Positions 23,713 to 34,573 of a stretch of 64,000 bases of DNA are shown here, in pieces. Location: NCBI GenBank assembly GCA_963746845.1, contig CAVVCZ010000004.1, positions 1,248,001-1,312,000 on the forward strand, in the 5' to 3' direction. Each line of letters opens with the position of its first letter. The first letter of the stretch is position 1. The translations under genes and the position numbers were made by a program. This DNA is from an uncultured Chloroflexia bacterium. Lineage in GTDB: Bacteria > Chloroflexota > Limnocylindria > Limnocylindrales > CSP1-4. The notes below the pieces were generated by a model. That model saw nothing but the letters and a program-made list of their open reading frames with translations. It was not told the DNA's origin and did no database searches.

Positions 23713-25020
23713 ATGGGTCGACTCCGCTGGCTGACGGCCGGTGAATTGCACGGCCGCTCCCTCGGGGTCACCGTCGAGGGCGTGCCGGCCGGCCTCGCCC
23801 TGTCGTCGGAGACGCTGTCGGTCGACCTCGCCCGGCGTCAGCGCGGCTACGGGCGGGGCGCGCGCCAGGCGATCGAGCACGACACCGCCGACATCGTCTC
23901 GGGGGTCCGCCACGGGGTGACCCTTGGGTCGCCGATCCTCCTGCTCGTCGCCAATCGCGACTGGGAGAACTGGACGGCCGTCATGCAGGTCGAGGACCTG
24001 TCGGACGAGGATGCGTCGTCCCTTGCCGCCGCCGCGGCCGACGGCAACAAGCGGGCGACCCCCGTCACCCGCGTCCGCCCGGGCCATGCCGACCTCGCGG
24101 GGGCGCTGAAGTACGGCTTCAACGACGTCCGCAACGTGCTGGAACGGGCGTCCGCCCGCGAGACCGCCGCACGGGTCGCCGCCGGCGGCGTGGCGCGGGC
24201 GATCCTCGCCGAGCTCGGCGTCGACGTCTGGTCGTTCACGGCGGAGGTGGGCGGCGTCGCCGTGGATCCGGAGCGGGCGACACGCTCGCGCGCGGAGTCG
24301 GATGCGTCCCCGCTGCGCTGCCCGGACCCGGATGCCGAGGTTGCGATGATCGCGCGGATCGACGAGGCGCGATCCAGCGGCGACACCGTCGGCGGCGTGT
24401 TCGAGGTCGTCGCCCACGGGCTGCCGATCGGGATCGGCTCGTATGTCCACTGGGACCGGCGGCTCGACGCCGCGCTCGCGGCCGCGGTGATGAGCATCAA
24501 CATCGTCAAGGGTGTCGAGTTCGGGCTGGGGTTCGAGCAGACGCGTCGGTTCGGCTCGGCAGTCCACGACGTGATCGAGGGTCGGGGCGAGGGCGGCCGG
24601 TGGATCCATCGCTCGAACAACGCGGGCGGCCTGACCGGCGGCGTCACGAACGGCGAGCCGCTCGTCGTCCGGGGAGCGGTCAAGCCGATCTCGACCCTCG
24701 CGCGGCCGCTCCCGTCGGCCGATCTCGTGACCGGCGACGCGGTCGACAAGGCCCACTACGAGCGATCCGACATCAGCGTCGTGCCGGCGGCCGGGGTCGT
24801 CGCCGAGGCGATGGTCATGCTGACCCTCGCCGACGCGATGCTCGACACGTTCGGCGGCAGCACGATCGGCGACACGCGAGCCGCGCTCGACCGGTACGTG
24901 GACCGGATCTCGGGGGCGGTCCCGGCGCCGGTCGCCGGCGGGCGGCGGGGCGACGACGACGCGGTCGGTTCCGTGGCGACGGAGGCCGGCGACGAGGCCG
25001 GCTCCGGCGGCGACGACTAG
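23713..25020 (+). CDS. aroC: Chorismate synthase
   Basis: TAGE(L)HG, RPGHADL, ERASARETA, NNAGG..GG.TNG, KPIST, ERSD. Confidence 0.96.
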   Translation: MGRLRWLTAGELHGRSLGVTVEGVPAGLALSSETLSVDLARRQRGYGRGARQAIEHDTADIVSGVRHGVTLGSPILLLVANRDWENWTAVMQVEDLSDEDASSLAAAAADGNKRATPVTRVRPGHADLAGALKYGFNDVRNVLERASARETAARVAAGGVARAILAELGVDVWSFTAEVGGVAVDPERATRSRAESDASPLRCPDPDAEVAMIARIDEARSSGDTVGGVFEVVAHGLPIGIGSYVHWDRRLDAALAAAVMSINIVKGVEFGLGFEQTRRFGSAVHDVIEGRGEGGRWIHRSNNAGGLTGGVTNGEPLVVRGAVKPISTLARPLPSADLVTGDAVDKAHYERSDISVVPAAGVVAEAMVMLTLADAMLDTFGGSTIGDTRAALDRYVDRISGAVPAPVAGGRRGDDDAVGSVATEAGDEAGSGGDD

Positions 25021-25035
25021 GCGATCGATCGACCG

Positions 25036-26685
25036 ATGGACGTCGTCCTCGTCGGGCTGCCAGGGAGCGGCAAGAGCGCCGTCGGGCGGCGACTGGCCCA
25101 TCGCCACGGCGCGACGTTCGTCGACCTCGACGCGACGATCGAGAAGGCGGCCGGGCGGCCGATCCCGGAGATCTTCGCCGAGGCGGGCGAGGCAGCGTTC
25201 CGCGCCCTGGAGCGCCGGGCCGTCGAAGACCTGGGCCCGCCCGACACGGGCCCTGAGATCCGGACCGTGGTCGCGACGGGTGGCGGCGCGGTCGTCGAGC
25301 CGCGGAACCGGTGGGCGCTGTACCGCCACCGGGTCCCGATCTGGCTCGACGTCCGACCGGAGGTCCTCGCCCAGCGACTCCGCCGATCTCCGAACGTCCG
25401 GCCACTGATCGTCGGGCGCGATCCGATGGGCGCGATCCGCGAGCTCGGGCGCGACCGGGAGCGCTTCTACACCGCGGCGCACCGGCTGAACGGCGTCGCC
25501 GAGCTGGCATCGATCGTGGAACGGGCGGATGAGCTCGTCGCCCGGGTCGCTCATGCGCCGGAGCCAACGGTCCTGCTCCGTGGACGGTCGCTCGACGGCG
25601 ACCTCGTGATCGGCGAGGGGATCGCCGCGACCGTGGTCGGCGATGCGTTGCGCGGGCTCCGCGCCCGCCGGGCGATCCTCGTCTCCGAGCCGACGGCCTG
25701 GTCGGTCGCCGGCGAGGCGATCGCGACCGCCCTCACGGACGACGGCTGGCCCGTCGAGCGCGTCCTGCTGCCGCAGGGTGAGACGGCGAAGTCGCTCGCG
25801 GTCATCGAGGAGGCGGCCGGCCAGCTTGCCGCGTTGCGGGCGGAGCGCGGCGAGCCGCTCGTCGCGATCGGGGGCGGGGCGCTCGGAGACGCGGCCGGGT
25901 TCCTGGCCGCCTCGTGGCTGCGTGGCGTGCCACTCGTCCAGGTGCCGACGACCCTCGTCGCCCAGATCGATTCGTCGATCGGTGGGAAGACGGGCGTGGA
26001 CCTGCCGGCCGGCAAGAACCTCGTCGGGGCGTTCCACCCGCCGGCGGCGATCGTGATCGACATCGGCTTCCTCCGGACGCTCCCGGAGCGGCAGCGGCGG
26101 GCCGCCCTGGGCGAGGCCGTGAAGATGGCAGCGCTCGGCGACGAGCGGCTCTTCTCGCTTCTCGAGTGCGACGGCGAGGCGATCGCCCGCGGCGATGAGG
26201 CGGCATTCGAGGGCGGGGTGGTCGCCGAGCTGGTCGAGCGCGCCGGGTGGGCAAAGGTGCAGGTGACCGATTCCGACGAGCGCGAGGGGGGCGCTGAGGA
26301 CGGTCGGGTCACGCTGAACCTCGGGCACTCGCTCGGGCACGCGGTCGAGGCAGCCGGCGGATATCGCGACCTGCTCCACGGTGAGGCGGTCGCCCACGGG
26401 CTCCGCGGCGCCGTCCGGATCGGTCGCGAGCTGGGCGTCACCCCGGCGGACCGAGCGGACCGGATCGAGGGCCTCCTGACGCGGCTGGGGCTGGCGACCC
26501 GGCCCCTCCCCTACGCCCTGCCGGCCGTCCTCGGGCATCTGTCGGCGGACAAGAAGCACACGGCCGGCGCGCTGCGCTGGGTCCTGCCGACGGCAGATGG
26601 CTCGGTCGTCCGGTCGGACGTGCCGCCCGAGATCGTCGAGCGCGCGGCGGCGTCCCTGCTCGACCCGGCGGGAGCGGCCGCGTGA
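25036..26685 (+). CDS. aroKB: Bifunctional shikimate kinase/3-dehydroquinate synthase
   Basis: GLPGSGKS and ATGGG (AroK); GGG.LGD, PTTL.AQ.DSSIGGKT, KNLVG.F, LNLGH..GH.VE (AroB). Confidence 0.95.
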   Translation: MDVVLVGLPGSGKSAVGRRLAHRHGATFVDLDATIEKAAGRPIPEIFAEAGEAAFRALERRAVEDLGPPDTGPEIRTVVATGGGAVVEPRNRWALYRHRVPIWLDVRPEVLAQRLRRSPNVRPLIVGRDPMGAIRELGRDRERFYTAAHRLNGVAELASIVERADELVARVAHAPEPTVLLRGRSLDGDLVIGEGIAATVVGDALRGLRARRAILVSEPTAWSVAGEAIATALTDDGWPVERVLLPQGETAKSLAVIEEAAGQLAALRAERGEPLVAIGGGALGDAAGFLAASWLRGVPLVQVPTTLVAQIDSSIGGKTGVDLPAGKNLVGAFHPPAAIVIDIGFLRTLPERQRRAALGEAVKMAALGDERLFSLLECDGEAIARGDEAAFEGGVVAELVERAGWAKVQVTDSDEREGGAEDGRVTLNLGHSLGHAVEAAGGYRDLLHGEAVAHGLRGAVRIGRELGVTPADRADRIEGLLTRLGLATRPLPYALPAVLGHLSADKKHTAGALRWVLPTADGSVVRSDVPPEIVERAAASLLDPAGAAA

Positions 26686-27119
26686 CCCGCGTCCTCGTCC
26701 TCCAGGGCCCGAACCTCAACCTGCTCGGGTCGCGCGAGCCGGCGATCTACGGGACCGACACGCTCGACGACATCCATCGCGAGATCGCGGTGCGGGCCTC
26801 GGAGCTGGGTCTGGAGGTCGGGTTCTTCCAGTCGAACCACGAAGGTGCCCTGATCGACCGGCTCCACGAGCGGGACTTCGACGTCGCGATCGTCAACGCG
26901 GGCGGGCTGACCCACACGTCGGTTGCGCTCCGGGATGCGCTGCTCGGCGTCGAGCGGCCCTTCTGGGAGGTCCACCTGTCCGATCCGTCGACCCGCGACC
27001 CGTTCCGCCACGTCAACTTCCTCCACGACATCGCGGCCGGATCGATCGTCGGGCAGGGCAAGCGGGGCTATCTGCTCGCGCTCGAGGCGATCGCCGCGGG
27101 TCCGGAGCCGGACCGGTGA
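26682..27119 (+). CDS. aroQ: Type II 3-dehydroquinate dehydratase
   Basis: GPNLNLLGSREP.IYG, QSNHEG, N.GGLTHTS, EVHLS. Confidence 0.96.
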   Translation: MTRVLVLQGPNLNLLGSREPAIYGTDTLDDIHREIAVRASELGLEVGFFQSNHEGALIDRLHERDFDVAIVNAGGLTHTSVALRDALLGVERPFWEVHLSDPSTRDPFRHVNFLHDIAAGSIVGQGKRGYLLALEAIAAGPEPDR

Positions 27120-27484
27120 GCCCGGTGAGCCGCCGAGGGCGCGGGTCGGAACCCGAGAGCGCCGAGCTCCGCCGGCTGCGACGCCGGATCGATGCGCTCG
27201 ACCGGAAGATCGTCCGCCTCCTGAACGACCGGGCCGAGCTGGCCCGCGAGGTCGGCCGCGAGAAGGTGTCTGCCGGGCGGCACGCCGTTCGCGACCCGGA
27301 GCGGGAGCGCGAGGTGCTGCTGCGCGTCTCGATGGCCAACGACGGACCGACGCCCCAGGCCGACCTGCTCGCGATCTACAAGCGCCTCTTCGTGGTCGCG
27401 CGGACGCTCGAGCGGCGCGATCGGACCCGCGCGGCACGGGCCGCCCGGCTCAGCGTGTCAGTGGAGCCCGGCGACGGTCGCTGA
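27116..27484 (+). CDS. Chorismate mutase (type II, AroQ class)
   Basis: LRRRIDALDRKIVRLLNDR...K...DPERE; GTG overlaps the upstream stop. Confidence 0.88.
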   Translation: MSPVSRRGRGSEPESAELRRLRRRIDALDRKIVRLLNDRAELAREVGREKVSAGRHAVRDPEREREVLLRVSMANDGPTPQADLLAIYKRLFVVARTLERRDRTRAARAARLSVSVEPGDGR

Positions 27485-27500
27485 CCCGGGGCCCACGCAG

Positions 27501-28352
27501 ATCGCGATCCCCCGCTGCGTCCGGACGCGCTTCGCGCCCGCACCGACGGGGTTCCTGCACCTCGGCCACGTGGCGAATGCGTTGTGGGTCTGGGGCGCTG
27601 CCGGGCTGGCGGGGGCATCCGTCCTGCTCCGGATCGAGGACCACGATCGGGAGCGGTCGCGGGTCACGTTCGATGCCGCGCTCCGCGAGGACCTGGCGTG
27701 GCTGGGCTTCGCGGCGGACGAGGGCCCGGTCCGGCAGACCGACCCCGACGCGCGCGCTGCGGAGGTGGCCGCGCTGGAGCGATTGAGCGGTGCCGGACTC
27801 GTGTACCGCTGTGGCTGTTCCCGCTCGACGTTCGCCGCGTGGGCGCGCGAGCACGGCCGGGAGTGGTCGGGCGCCGGATGTCCCGGGGCATGCCGGACCC
27901 GGGTACTCCCCGGTGACGCGGCCACGAGCTTGCGGGTCGCCCTCGGCGAGGGCGCGGAGACCTTCGACGACCTGCTCGTCGGGCGGCAGGTCGGCGATCC
28001 TTCGGCGATGGGCGACCTCGTCGTGCGGGATCGGTCCGGCAACTGGACGTATGGGTTCGCGGTCGTCGTCGACGATCTCCGCCAGGACGTCGACCTCGTC
28101 GTCCGCGGCGAGGATCTCCTGCCCGACACCGCCCGCCAGATCCGGCTCGGCCGGCTCCTCGGTCGCGATGAGCCACCCCGATTCCTCCACCAACCGCTGA
28201 TCCGGAAGCCGTCGGGGGCGAAGCTCTCGAAGTCCGACGGCGACACCGGCGTCCGCGAGCTTCGGGCCGCCGGTCGGTCCCCCGCCGAGGTCCGGGACGA
28301 GGCGGCTCGGCGCGGCCTGGTTCCCGCCGAGATCCGCGTCGCTGCGCGGTAG
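27501..28352 (+). CDS. gluQ: Glutamyl-Q tRNA(Asp) synthetase-like protein (start codon unclear)
   Basis: In-frame RTRFAPAPTGFLHLGH (HIGH), LRIEDHD, Y.C.CSR, VVDD, VRGEDL, KLSKS; no anticodon-binding domain. Confidence 0.8.
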   Translation: MAIPRCVRTRFAPAPTGFLHLGHVANALWVWGAAGLAGASVLLRIEDHDRERSRVTFDAALREDLAWLGFAADEGPVRQTDPDARAAEVAALERLSGAGLVYRCGCSRSTFAAWAREHGREWSGAGCPGACRTRVLPGDAATSLRVALGEGAETFDDLLVGRQVGDPSAMGDLVVRDRSGNWTYGFAVVVDDLRQDVDLVVRGEDLLPDTARQIRLGRLLGRDEPPRFLHQPLIRKPSGAKLSKSDGDTGVRELRAAGRSPAEVRDEAARRGLVPAEIRVAAR

Positions 28353-28382
28353 CCGATCGGAGCCTCGGGCCGGCGGATCAGT

Positions 28383-29054
28383 TCAATCGCCGGCGGGCTT
28401 GGTTCGGTCCTCGATCTCCCAGGCATGATCGAGCGCGTGCCAGGCGATCCGGTGGGCGGCGTAGCGAGCGGGCCAGCGCCGGCCGGCCAGCGGCGACCCG
28501 TCCCGGGCGGCGCGAAGGACCTCGAGCATCTGGTCGCGCATCGATCGAGCTGCCGCTGTGTCGTCCGGCGCGAACATCGCGACCTTGATGCCGATCTGGT
28601 TCGCGTAGGCGCGGTCGGCGTCCATCACGTGGGCGATGACCTTCGAGGTGTTCCGGCCGCCTCCGCGTGGACCCTTGCGGAGCTCCTCCGGCGCGGACGA
28701 GGCGATCCGATCACATGCGGTCCAGGCGGCGGCCACGATGCCCGCAAGGCGCTCGGCGGCGAGGGCATCCAGGGGGCGGGCGTCGTGCTCCGTCGGACCG
28801 CTCGGCACGCCGTACTCGGTGCCGGCCGAGCCCGGGTTGCGCTCGACGATCTCGAGATCGCGGGCCGCGACGCGCACCGGGAACGACGCGTCGACGGGCT
28901 CGGCCACCAGCGCGTAGCGCGTGGCGTACGCGGCGAGGGCCTCGAGCGCCAGGTCCTCGGTCTTGCCGGATCGGCTCCAGCCCGGCCAGTCAGCCGCCGA
29001 GGCGAACGTCTTCTTCGGCGTCTGCTCGAGCGTGACGAGGATCGGATCGGTCAT
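28383..29054 (-). CDS. Conserved hypothetical protein (DinB-like C-terminus)
   Basis: FASA.DWPGW.R.GK, KGPRGGGR, AWH.LDHAWEIED. Confidence 0.75.
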   Translation of the reverse strand: MTDPILVTLEQTPKKTFASAADWPGWSRSGKTEDLALEALAAYATRYALVAEPVDASFPVRVAARDLEIVERNPGSAGTEYGVPSGPTEHDARPLDALAAERLAGIVAAAWTACDRIASSAPEELRKGPRGGGRNTSKVIAHVMDADRAYANQIGIKVAMFAPDDTAAARSMRDQMLEVLRAARDGSPLAGRRWPARYAAHRIAWHALDHAWEIEDRTKPAGD

Positions 29055-29089
29055 CGGCTCAGGGTGTCACGCGATCCGGTCGGATGCCG

Positions 29090-29959
29090 TCAGGTACCCT
29101 GCCGTCCCGTCGAAGCGGCCAGCTCACGGACGAGCCGCGCCATCGCCTCGACGTCGGTGCCGTCGCGGCCCAGGGCATCGACGAGGGCGGACGCCACGAT
29201 GACCCCGGCGGCCCCGGCCTTCGCGATCGCCCGGACGTGGCTCGGCCGGCTGACGCCGAACCCGACGGCGACCGGCACGGGTGAGACGGCCGTCACATCG
29301 CGGACCAGCCGCCCGACCGACGCCGGGAGGGACGCGCGAGCCCCCGTGACGCCGACGAGCGACACGCAGTACAGGAAGCCGCCGCTCCGGGCGGCAACGG
29401 CGGCGCGGCGGGCGGGCGGCGTCGTCGGGGCGACGAGATAGACGACCGCCAGGTCGTGCTCGCGCGCGACGGCCTCGAACGGAGCGCCTTCGTCCGGCGT
29501 CAGGTCGGCCACGATGACCCCCGCGGCGCCGGCAGCCGCGAGCCGCCGAGCCGCCGGCGCCCCGTCGCCTCCGCCGAGGAACTGGTTCGCGTAACCCATC
29601 GGGACGATCGGGATCGATGGGCGGGCGGCGGCGATCTCCTCGATCAGCCGGAGGCTGCCCTCGAGGGTCGCGCCGGCCGCGAGCGCGACCTGGGAGGCGC
29701 GCTGGAGCGTGGCGCCGTCCGCGAGCGGATCGCTGTACGGCAGGCCGACCTCGAGGAGGTCGGCTCCGGAGTCGACCGCAGCGAGCGCGATCCGCAGGCC
29801 AACCACCGAATCCGGGTAGCCCGCGACGACGTATGGGACCAGCGCGATCCGGCCCGCCCCGTGCGCCCGATCGAACGCGGTCCGGATCCGCCGCGCCCCG
29901 GCGGTCGCGTTCGTCCCTGACGCGGCCCCGGGCGCGTCCGGAGTCGCGGTCGCGCTCAC
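29090..29959 (-). CDS. trpA: Tryptophan synthase alpha chain
   Basis: [36 protein letters not shown]. Confidence 0.96.
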   Translation of the reverse strand: MSATATPDAPGAASGTNATAGARRIRTAFDRAHGAGRIALVPYVVAGYPDSVVGLRIALAAVDSGADLLEVGLPYSDPLADGATLQRASQVALAAGATLEGSLRLIEEIAAARPSIPIVPMGYANQFLGGGDGAPAARRLAAAGAAGVIVADLTPDEGAPFEAVAREHDLAVVYLVAPTTPPARRAAVAARSGGFLYCVSLVGVTGARASLPASVGRLVRDVTAVSPVPVAVGFGVSRPSHVRAIAKAGAAGVIVASALVDALGRDGTDVEAMARLVRELAASTGRQGT

Positions 29960-32838
29960 GAGCCGGCCCCCTCCAGCCAGCGCCCGAACGAGGCGAGGTC
30001 CTTGTCGCCGCGTCCGGACAACCCGACGAGGACCACGGCCTCCTCCGGCCAGCCACGCTCGGCGGCGTGTGCGAGGAGCCGGGGCAGGACCGCGAGCGCA
30101 TGGGCGCTCTCGAGCGCCGGCAGGATCCCCTCCGTCCGCGACAGCCAGCGCATCGCCTCGAACGCCTCGTCGTCAGTCGCCGCGCCGACCTCCAGCCGGC
30201 CGGCCGACGCCAGCGCCGCGATCTGCGGACCGACCCCCGGGTAGTCCAGACCGGCCGACGCCGAGTGCGCCTCGACGACCTGCCCGTCTGCATCCTGGAG
30301 CATCATCGAGCGACTGCCGTGCAGGATCCCGGGCGTGCCGCCCGCGAGCGCTGCAGCATGCCGGCCGGTCGCGATCCCCTCCCCCGCCGCCTCCGCGACC
30401 GCGAGCCGGACCGACGGCTCGCCGATGAACCGGTCGAGCAGCCCGATCGCGTTCGACCCGCCCCCCACGCACGCCAGCACGAGGTCGGGCAGCCGGCCTT
30501 CCACCTCGGCGACCTGGACGGCGGCCTCGTCGCCGATCCGGCGCTGGAGATCGCGGACGATCGTGGGGTACGGGTGCGGACCCATCGCGGACCCCAGCAC
30601 GTAGTGGGTCGTCTCGACGTTCGTGACCCAGTCGCGCATCGCGTCGTTGACGGCGTCCTTGAGCGTGGCCGTGCCGGAGGTCACGGGCCGGACCTCCGCC
30701 CCGAGCGCCTGCATCCGCAGGACGTTCGGCTGCTGGCGCTCGATGTCGACCGCGCCCATGAACACGACGCACGGCAGATCGAGGAGCGCGCAGGCGGTTG
30801 CCGTCGCGACGCCGTGCTGGCCGGCCCCGGTCTCGGCGATCACCCGGGTCTTGCCCAGTCGTCGGGTGAGCAGCGCCTGACCGAGCGCGTTGTTGATCTT
30901 GTGCGCGCCCGTGTGCGCCAGGTCCTCGCGCTTCAGGTGCAGGCGGAGGCGACGGGGCAGCCGCGCGGTCGCGTCGAGGGCCACCGCGCGCTCCAGCGAC
31001 TCGTAGGCGAGCGTATCGGCCCGGTAGAGCGGAGTGGGACGGCCGGCGTAGTGGGCGAGGAGCTCGCGGAGCTCGGACCAGAACACCGGGTCCAGGCGGA
31101 TCTGGCCGTAGGCCGTCTCGAGCCCCTCGAGCGCCGCCATCAGCGTCTCCGGCACGTAGCGGCCCCCGAACTGGCGGTCGATCCCCCAGCGGCCACGCTC
31201 GTCGGCGAGCAGCAGTCCCGGGTGGGCGTCGGTCGGGCGGGCGGGCACGTGTGGCCGGTCCAGGCGGGCGCCGCGGGCGCGCTTCACGAAGATCGCGACC
31301 CGGAGCGGGTCCTTCGTCGGACGCTCGCCGGCGATCCGCGGGCGCTCCGTCCCCGACGCACTGTCGACGCCGGTCGCCGGGATCTCGCGGAGGGCACTCG
31401 CGACGTTGGCGGGATCCAGCCCGCCGGCGAGGACCACCGGGACCTGACGGGCCACGGCAGCGGCAAGCTCCGTCGCGACCCGCGTCCCGGTTCCTCCCGG
31501 ATGTGGTCCGCCCGCCGCGTCGAGCAGGATCCGCTCGGCGCCGGCGGCGAGGAAGGCCCGCGCCCGATCCACGACCGCAGCGGGCGTGTCGCGATCCGCC
31601 GAGACACGGAGGGCCTTCCAGACCGGACGCCCCGTGGCGCGAACGTCGTCGGTCGTCTCGTCGCCCGAGAGCTGGACCGCGTCGGGGTCGACGGCGGCGA
31701 CGATCTCGGCGATCCGCTCCGGGCCCGCGTCGGCGGTGATCGCCACAACCCGCGGCGGGGTCGCCGCGAGCGACCGCGCGATCCGGGCGAGGGCCACGGC
31801 CTCGGTCAGCGTCAGCTCCCGTGGCGTGCCCGGAACGAGGTTGAGCCCGATCGCGTCGGCACCGGACCGGACGGCCGCCAGGACCCCTTCGGCGTCCGTG
31901 ATCCCGCACACCTTCACGAGCGCGGCCGCGCCGCGGTTCGCGGGATCGGTCGGCGGACGACCGGCGGCGACGAAGGCACGGGCCGCGGCGGCCGGGTCCT
32001 CGGACCGCACGAGCGCTTCCCCGACGAGCGCGCCGTCGAAGCCGGTCGCGCGCCACGCCGCGATCGTCGAGGCGTCCCGGACACCGGACTCCGCGATGAC
32101 GAGCCGATCGTCCGGGACGAGCCCGCGCAGCCGGATCGCCCGCCCGGTGTCCACCTCGAGGGTCCGCAGGTCCCGGTTGTTGATCCCGATCAGCCGGGCC
32201 CGGGTCGCGAGCGCCCGCGCCAGCTCCTTCTCGTCATGAGCCTCGACGAGCGGCTCCAGCCCGATCTCCAGCGCGCGCTCGACGAGCCCGGCGAGTCGCT
32301 TCGCCGGGTGGAGGACCGCGAGGAGCAGGACGAGGTCGGCACCGGCCGCGCGGAGATGGGGCAGCTGGATCTCCTCGACGACGAACTCCTTCGCGAGCAC
32401 CGGGATGCTCACCGCCGCGCGAACGGCCCGGAGGTCGTCGACGGATCCGCCGAACCAGTGCGGCTCGCACAGGACGGAGATCGCGGCCGCTCCTCCCGCC
32501 TCGTACGCGCGTGCGCGGGCGACGATGTCGTCGTCGGTGACCGCGATCTCCCCGGCCGATGGCGACGAGCGCTTGATCTCGGCGATCAGGTGGAGGCCCG
32601 GGCCGGCCAGGCGTCCGAGGATGTCCCGCGGGAGCGGCGTGGCCTCCGCGGCGGCGAGGTGGTCGTCGAGGCTGAGCCGGGCCATCTCCGCGCGGATGTC
32701 GGCGCGTCGGCGGTCGGCGATCTCCGCGACGACGTTCCGGGACCGCCGCCCCGCCGGTCCGGAGCCGTCGGGATCGGACGCGGCGTCGTCGTCGGACGGC
32801 GGGAGCCGCTCGAGATCCGGCCGGTCGAGGAGGGTCAT
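29956..32838 (-). CDS. trpCFB: Fused indole-3-glycerol-phosphate synthase/PRA isomerase/tryptophan synthase beta chain
   Basis: [10 protein letters not shown] and GINNRDL (TrpC); VKVCGIT and LAGGL...NV (TrpF); [39 protein letters not shown] (TrpB), all in one frame. Confidence 0.9.
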   Translation of the reverse strand: MTLLDRPDLERLPPSDDDAASDPDGSGPAGRRSRNVVAEIADRRRADIRAEMARLSLDDHLAAAEATPLPRDILGRLAGPGLHLIAEIKRSSPSAGEIAVTDDDIVARARAYEAGGAAAISVLCEPHWFGGSVDDLRAVRAAVSIPVLAKEFVVEEIQLPHLRAAGADLVLLLAVLHPAKRLAGLVERALEIGLEPLVEAHDEKELARALATRARLIGINNRDLRTLEVDTGRAIRLRGLVPDDRLVIAESGVRDASTIAAWRATGFDGALVGEALVRSEDPAAAARAFVAAGRPPTDPANRGAAALVKVCGITDAEGVLAAVRSGADAIGLNLVPGTPRELTLTEAVALARIARSLAATPPRVVAITADAGPERIAEIVAAVDPDAVQLSGDETTDDVRATGRPVWKALRVSADRDTPAAVVDRARAFLAAGAERILLDAAGGPHPGGTGTRVATELAAAVARQVPVVLAGGLDPANVASALREIPATGVDSASGTERPRIAGERPTKDPLRVAIFVKRARGARLDRPHVPARPTDAHPGLLLADERGRWGIDRQFGGRYVPETLMAALEGLETAYGQIRLDPVFWSELRELLAHYAGRPTPLYRADTLAYESLERAVALDATARLPRRLRLHLKREDLAHTGAHKINNALGQALLTRRLGKTRVIAETGAGQHGVATATACALLDLPCVVFMGAVDIERQQPNVLRMQALGAEVRPVTSGTATLKDAVNDAMRDWVTNVETTHYVLGSAMGPHPYPTIVRDLQRRIGDEAAVQVAEVEGRLPDLVLACVGGGSNAIGLLDRFIGEPSVRLAVAEAAGEGIATGRHAAALAGGTPGILHGSRSMMLQDADGQVVEAHSASAGLDYPGVGPQIAALASAGRLEVGAATDDEAFEAMRWLSRTEGILPALESAHALAVLPRLLAHAAERGWPEEAVVLVGLSGRGDKDLASFGRWLEGAGS

Positions 32839-33890
32839 GCCGGCGCGCCCTCGGCGACCGGCGGGCGCCCGGCCTCGGCCGCTCGTCGCTCGGCGCGCAA
32901 CCGTTCCAGGAGCTCGGTCGCGAGGCCCGCGTCGATGGTCAGCGCCGCACGATCGATCCCGTCGGCCAGCTCGTCGACGACGCCCGCCACGACGAACGCC
33001 GCGCCGGCGTTGAGGAGCACGACGTCCCGGCGCGCGCCGGGCTCGCCGTGGAGCACGGATTCCACGATCCGGGCGTTGTCCGCCGGCGTGCCTCCCTTCA
33101 GCTTGGCGTTCCCGGCCTTCGTGAGCCCGAGGGCGGCCGCGTCGACCCGCCGCTCGGTCACGCCGGACGGCGTCACGTCGAGGATCGTGCCGGTCCCGTC
33201 GAGCGGCAGCTCGTCGATCCCCTCGCCGCCGACGACGAACGCCCGCTCCGAACCGAGACGGTGGAGGACGGCGGCGAGGCGTGGGGCCGCGACCGGGTCG
33301 GCGACGCCGATGACCTGGCGCCGGGCGCCTGCCGGGTTCGTCAACGGGCCGAGCAGGTTGAAGGCGGTCCGGACCCCGATCTCGCGACGGGTCGGCCCGG
33401 CGTGCTTCATCGCCGGGTGGAAGCCCGGGGCGAACAGGAACGCGAACCCGAGCTCGCGCATCGCGACGGCGGCCGAGACCGCGTCGTGGTCGATCCGGAC
33501 GCCGAGCGCGTCGAGGACGTCGGCGGACCCCGACTGTGACGTCATCGCCCGGTTGCCGTGCTTCGCGACCGGGACGCCGGCCGCGGCCACCACGAGCGCC
33601 GCGGTCGTCGAGATGTTGAACGTCCCGCTGCCGTCGCCCCCGGTCCCGCACGTGTCGATGGCTCCGTCGGGCGCGTCGACGCGGAGGACGCGCTCGCGCA
33701 TCGCCGTCGCGAACCCGGCGAGCTCGTCGACCGTCTCGCCCCGCATCCGGAGCGCGACGAGCAACGCCGCGAGCAGGGCGGGTGTCGCCTCGCCGTCCAT
33801 GACGCTGCCCATGGCGTCGCGGGCTTCGTCGAGCGTCAGCGTCCGCCCGTCGACGACGGCGGACAGGGCGGAGCGGACCCGGTCGCTCAT
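32835..33890 (-). CDS. trpD: Anthranilate phosphoribosyltransferase
   Basis: [38 protein letters not shown]. Confidence 0.97.
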   Translation of the reverse strand: MSDRVRSALSAVVDGRTLTLDEARDAMGSVMDGEATPALLAALLVALRMRGETVDELAGFATAMRERVLRVDAPDGAIDTCGTGGDGSGTFNISTTAALVVAAAGVPVAKHGNRAMTSQSGSADVLDALGVRIDHDAVSAAVAMRELGFAFLFAPGFHPAMKHAGPTRREIGVRTAFNLLGPLTNPAGARRQVIGVADPVAAPRLAAVLHRLGSERAFVVGGEGIDELPLDGTGTILDVTPSGVTERRVDAAALGLTKAGNAKLKGGTPADNARIVESVLHGEPGARRDVVLLNAGAAFVVAGVVDELADGIDRAALTIDAGLATELLERLRAERRAAEAGRPPVAEGAPA

Positions 33891-34573
33891 CGGACGCCCT
33901 CGGCCGCGACCGGCTCCGCCTCGGCCAGCCCCGCGGTCGCGAACGACCCGCTCGCGTCGTCGAGGCGCGACGCCTCGCCCTCCCCGGCGAGCCGCAGGAA
34001 GTTCGCGAGCAGATGCGGGCCCTGGGGCGTGAGGACCAATTCCGGATGGAACTGGACGCCTTCCAGCGGCAGGGTCACGTGGCGGATGCCCATGACCACC
34101 CGGTCCACCTCGCTCATCGCGGTGACCCGGAGCTCCGGGGGCAGCGTCGCGGGATCCACGGCCAGCGAGTGGTAGCGGGCCGCCATGAACGACGGCGGCA
34201 TCCCGGCGAGCAGCCCGGCGCCGTCGTGGGTCACCTCCGAGGCCTCGCCATGGACGAGCGTCGGCGCGCGGACGATCGACGCGCCGAACGCGGCGGCCAT
34301 CGACTGCATCCCGAGACACACGCCGAGCAGCGGAATCTCGCGGTCGCGGGCCACTTCGATCGAGGCGACGGACACGCCGGCGGAGGCCGGGTCGCCCGGC
34401 CCGGGCGAGACGACGATCCCGCGCAGATCCGCCTCGGGATCGGCCGCGAGGGCCTCGATCCCGTCCCGCGTGATCGCGTCGTTGCGGACGACGCGCACGT
34501 CCGCCCCGGCTGCCTCGAGCGCCTGGACGAGGTTGAACGTGAACGAGTCGTAGTTGTCGATGACGAGGATCAT
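33887..34573 (-). CDS. trpG: Anthranilate synthase component II (glutamine amidotransferase)
   Basis: [35 protein letters not shown]. Confidence 0.95.
   Translation of the reverse strand: MILVIDNYDSFTFNLVQALEAAGADVRVVRNDAITRDGIEALAADPEADLRGIVVSPGPGDPASAGVSVASIEVARDREIPLLGVCLGMQSMAAAFGASIVRAPTLVHGEASEVTHDGAGLLAGMPPSFMAARYHSLAVDPATLPPELRVTAMSEVDRVVMGIRHVTLPLEGVQFHPELVLTPQGPHLLANFLRLAGEGEASRLDDASGSFATAGLAEAEPVAAEGVR

Noticed and set aside
25036-26685. AroK-AroB fusion as a novelty
   Set aside because: Well-known bifunctional arrangement in several bacterial groups
29617-34032. 1471-aa plus-strand ORF
   Set aside because: Antisense shadow of the trp genes in high-GC DNA; Arg/Gly/Pro-rich with no motifs
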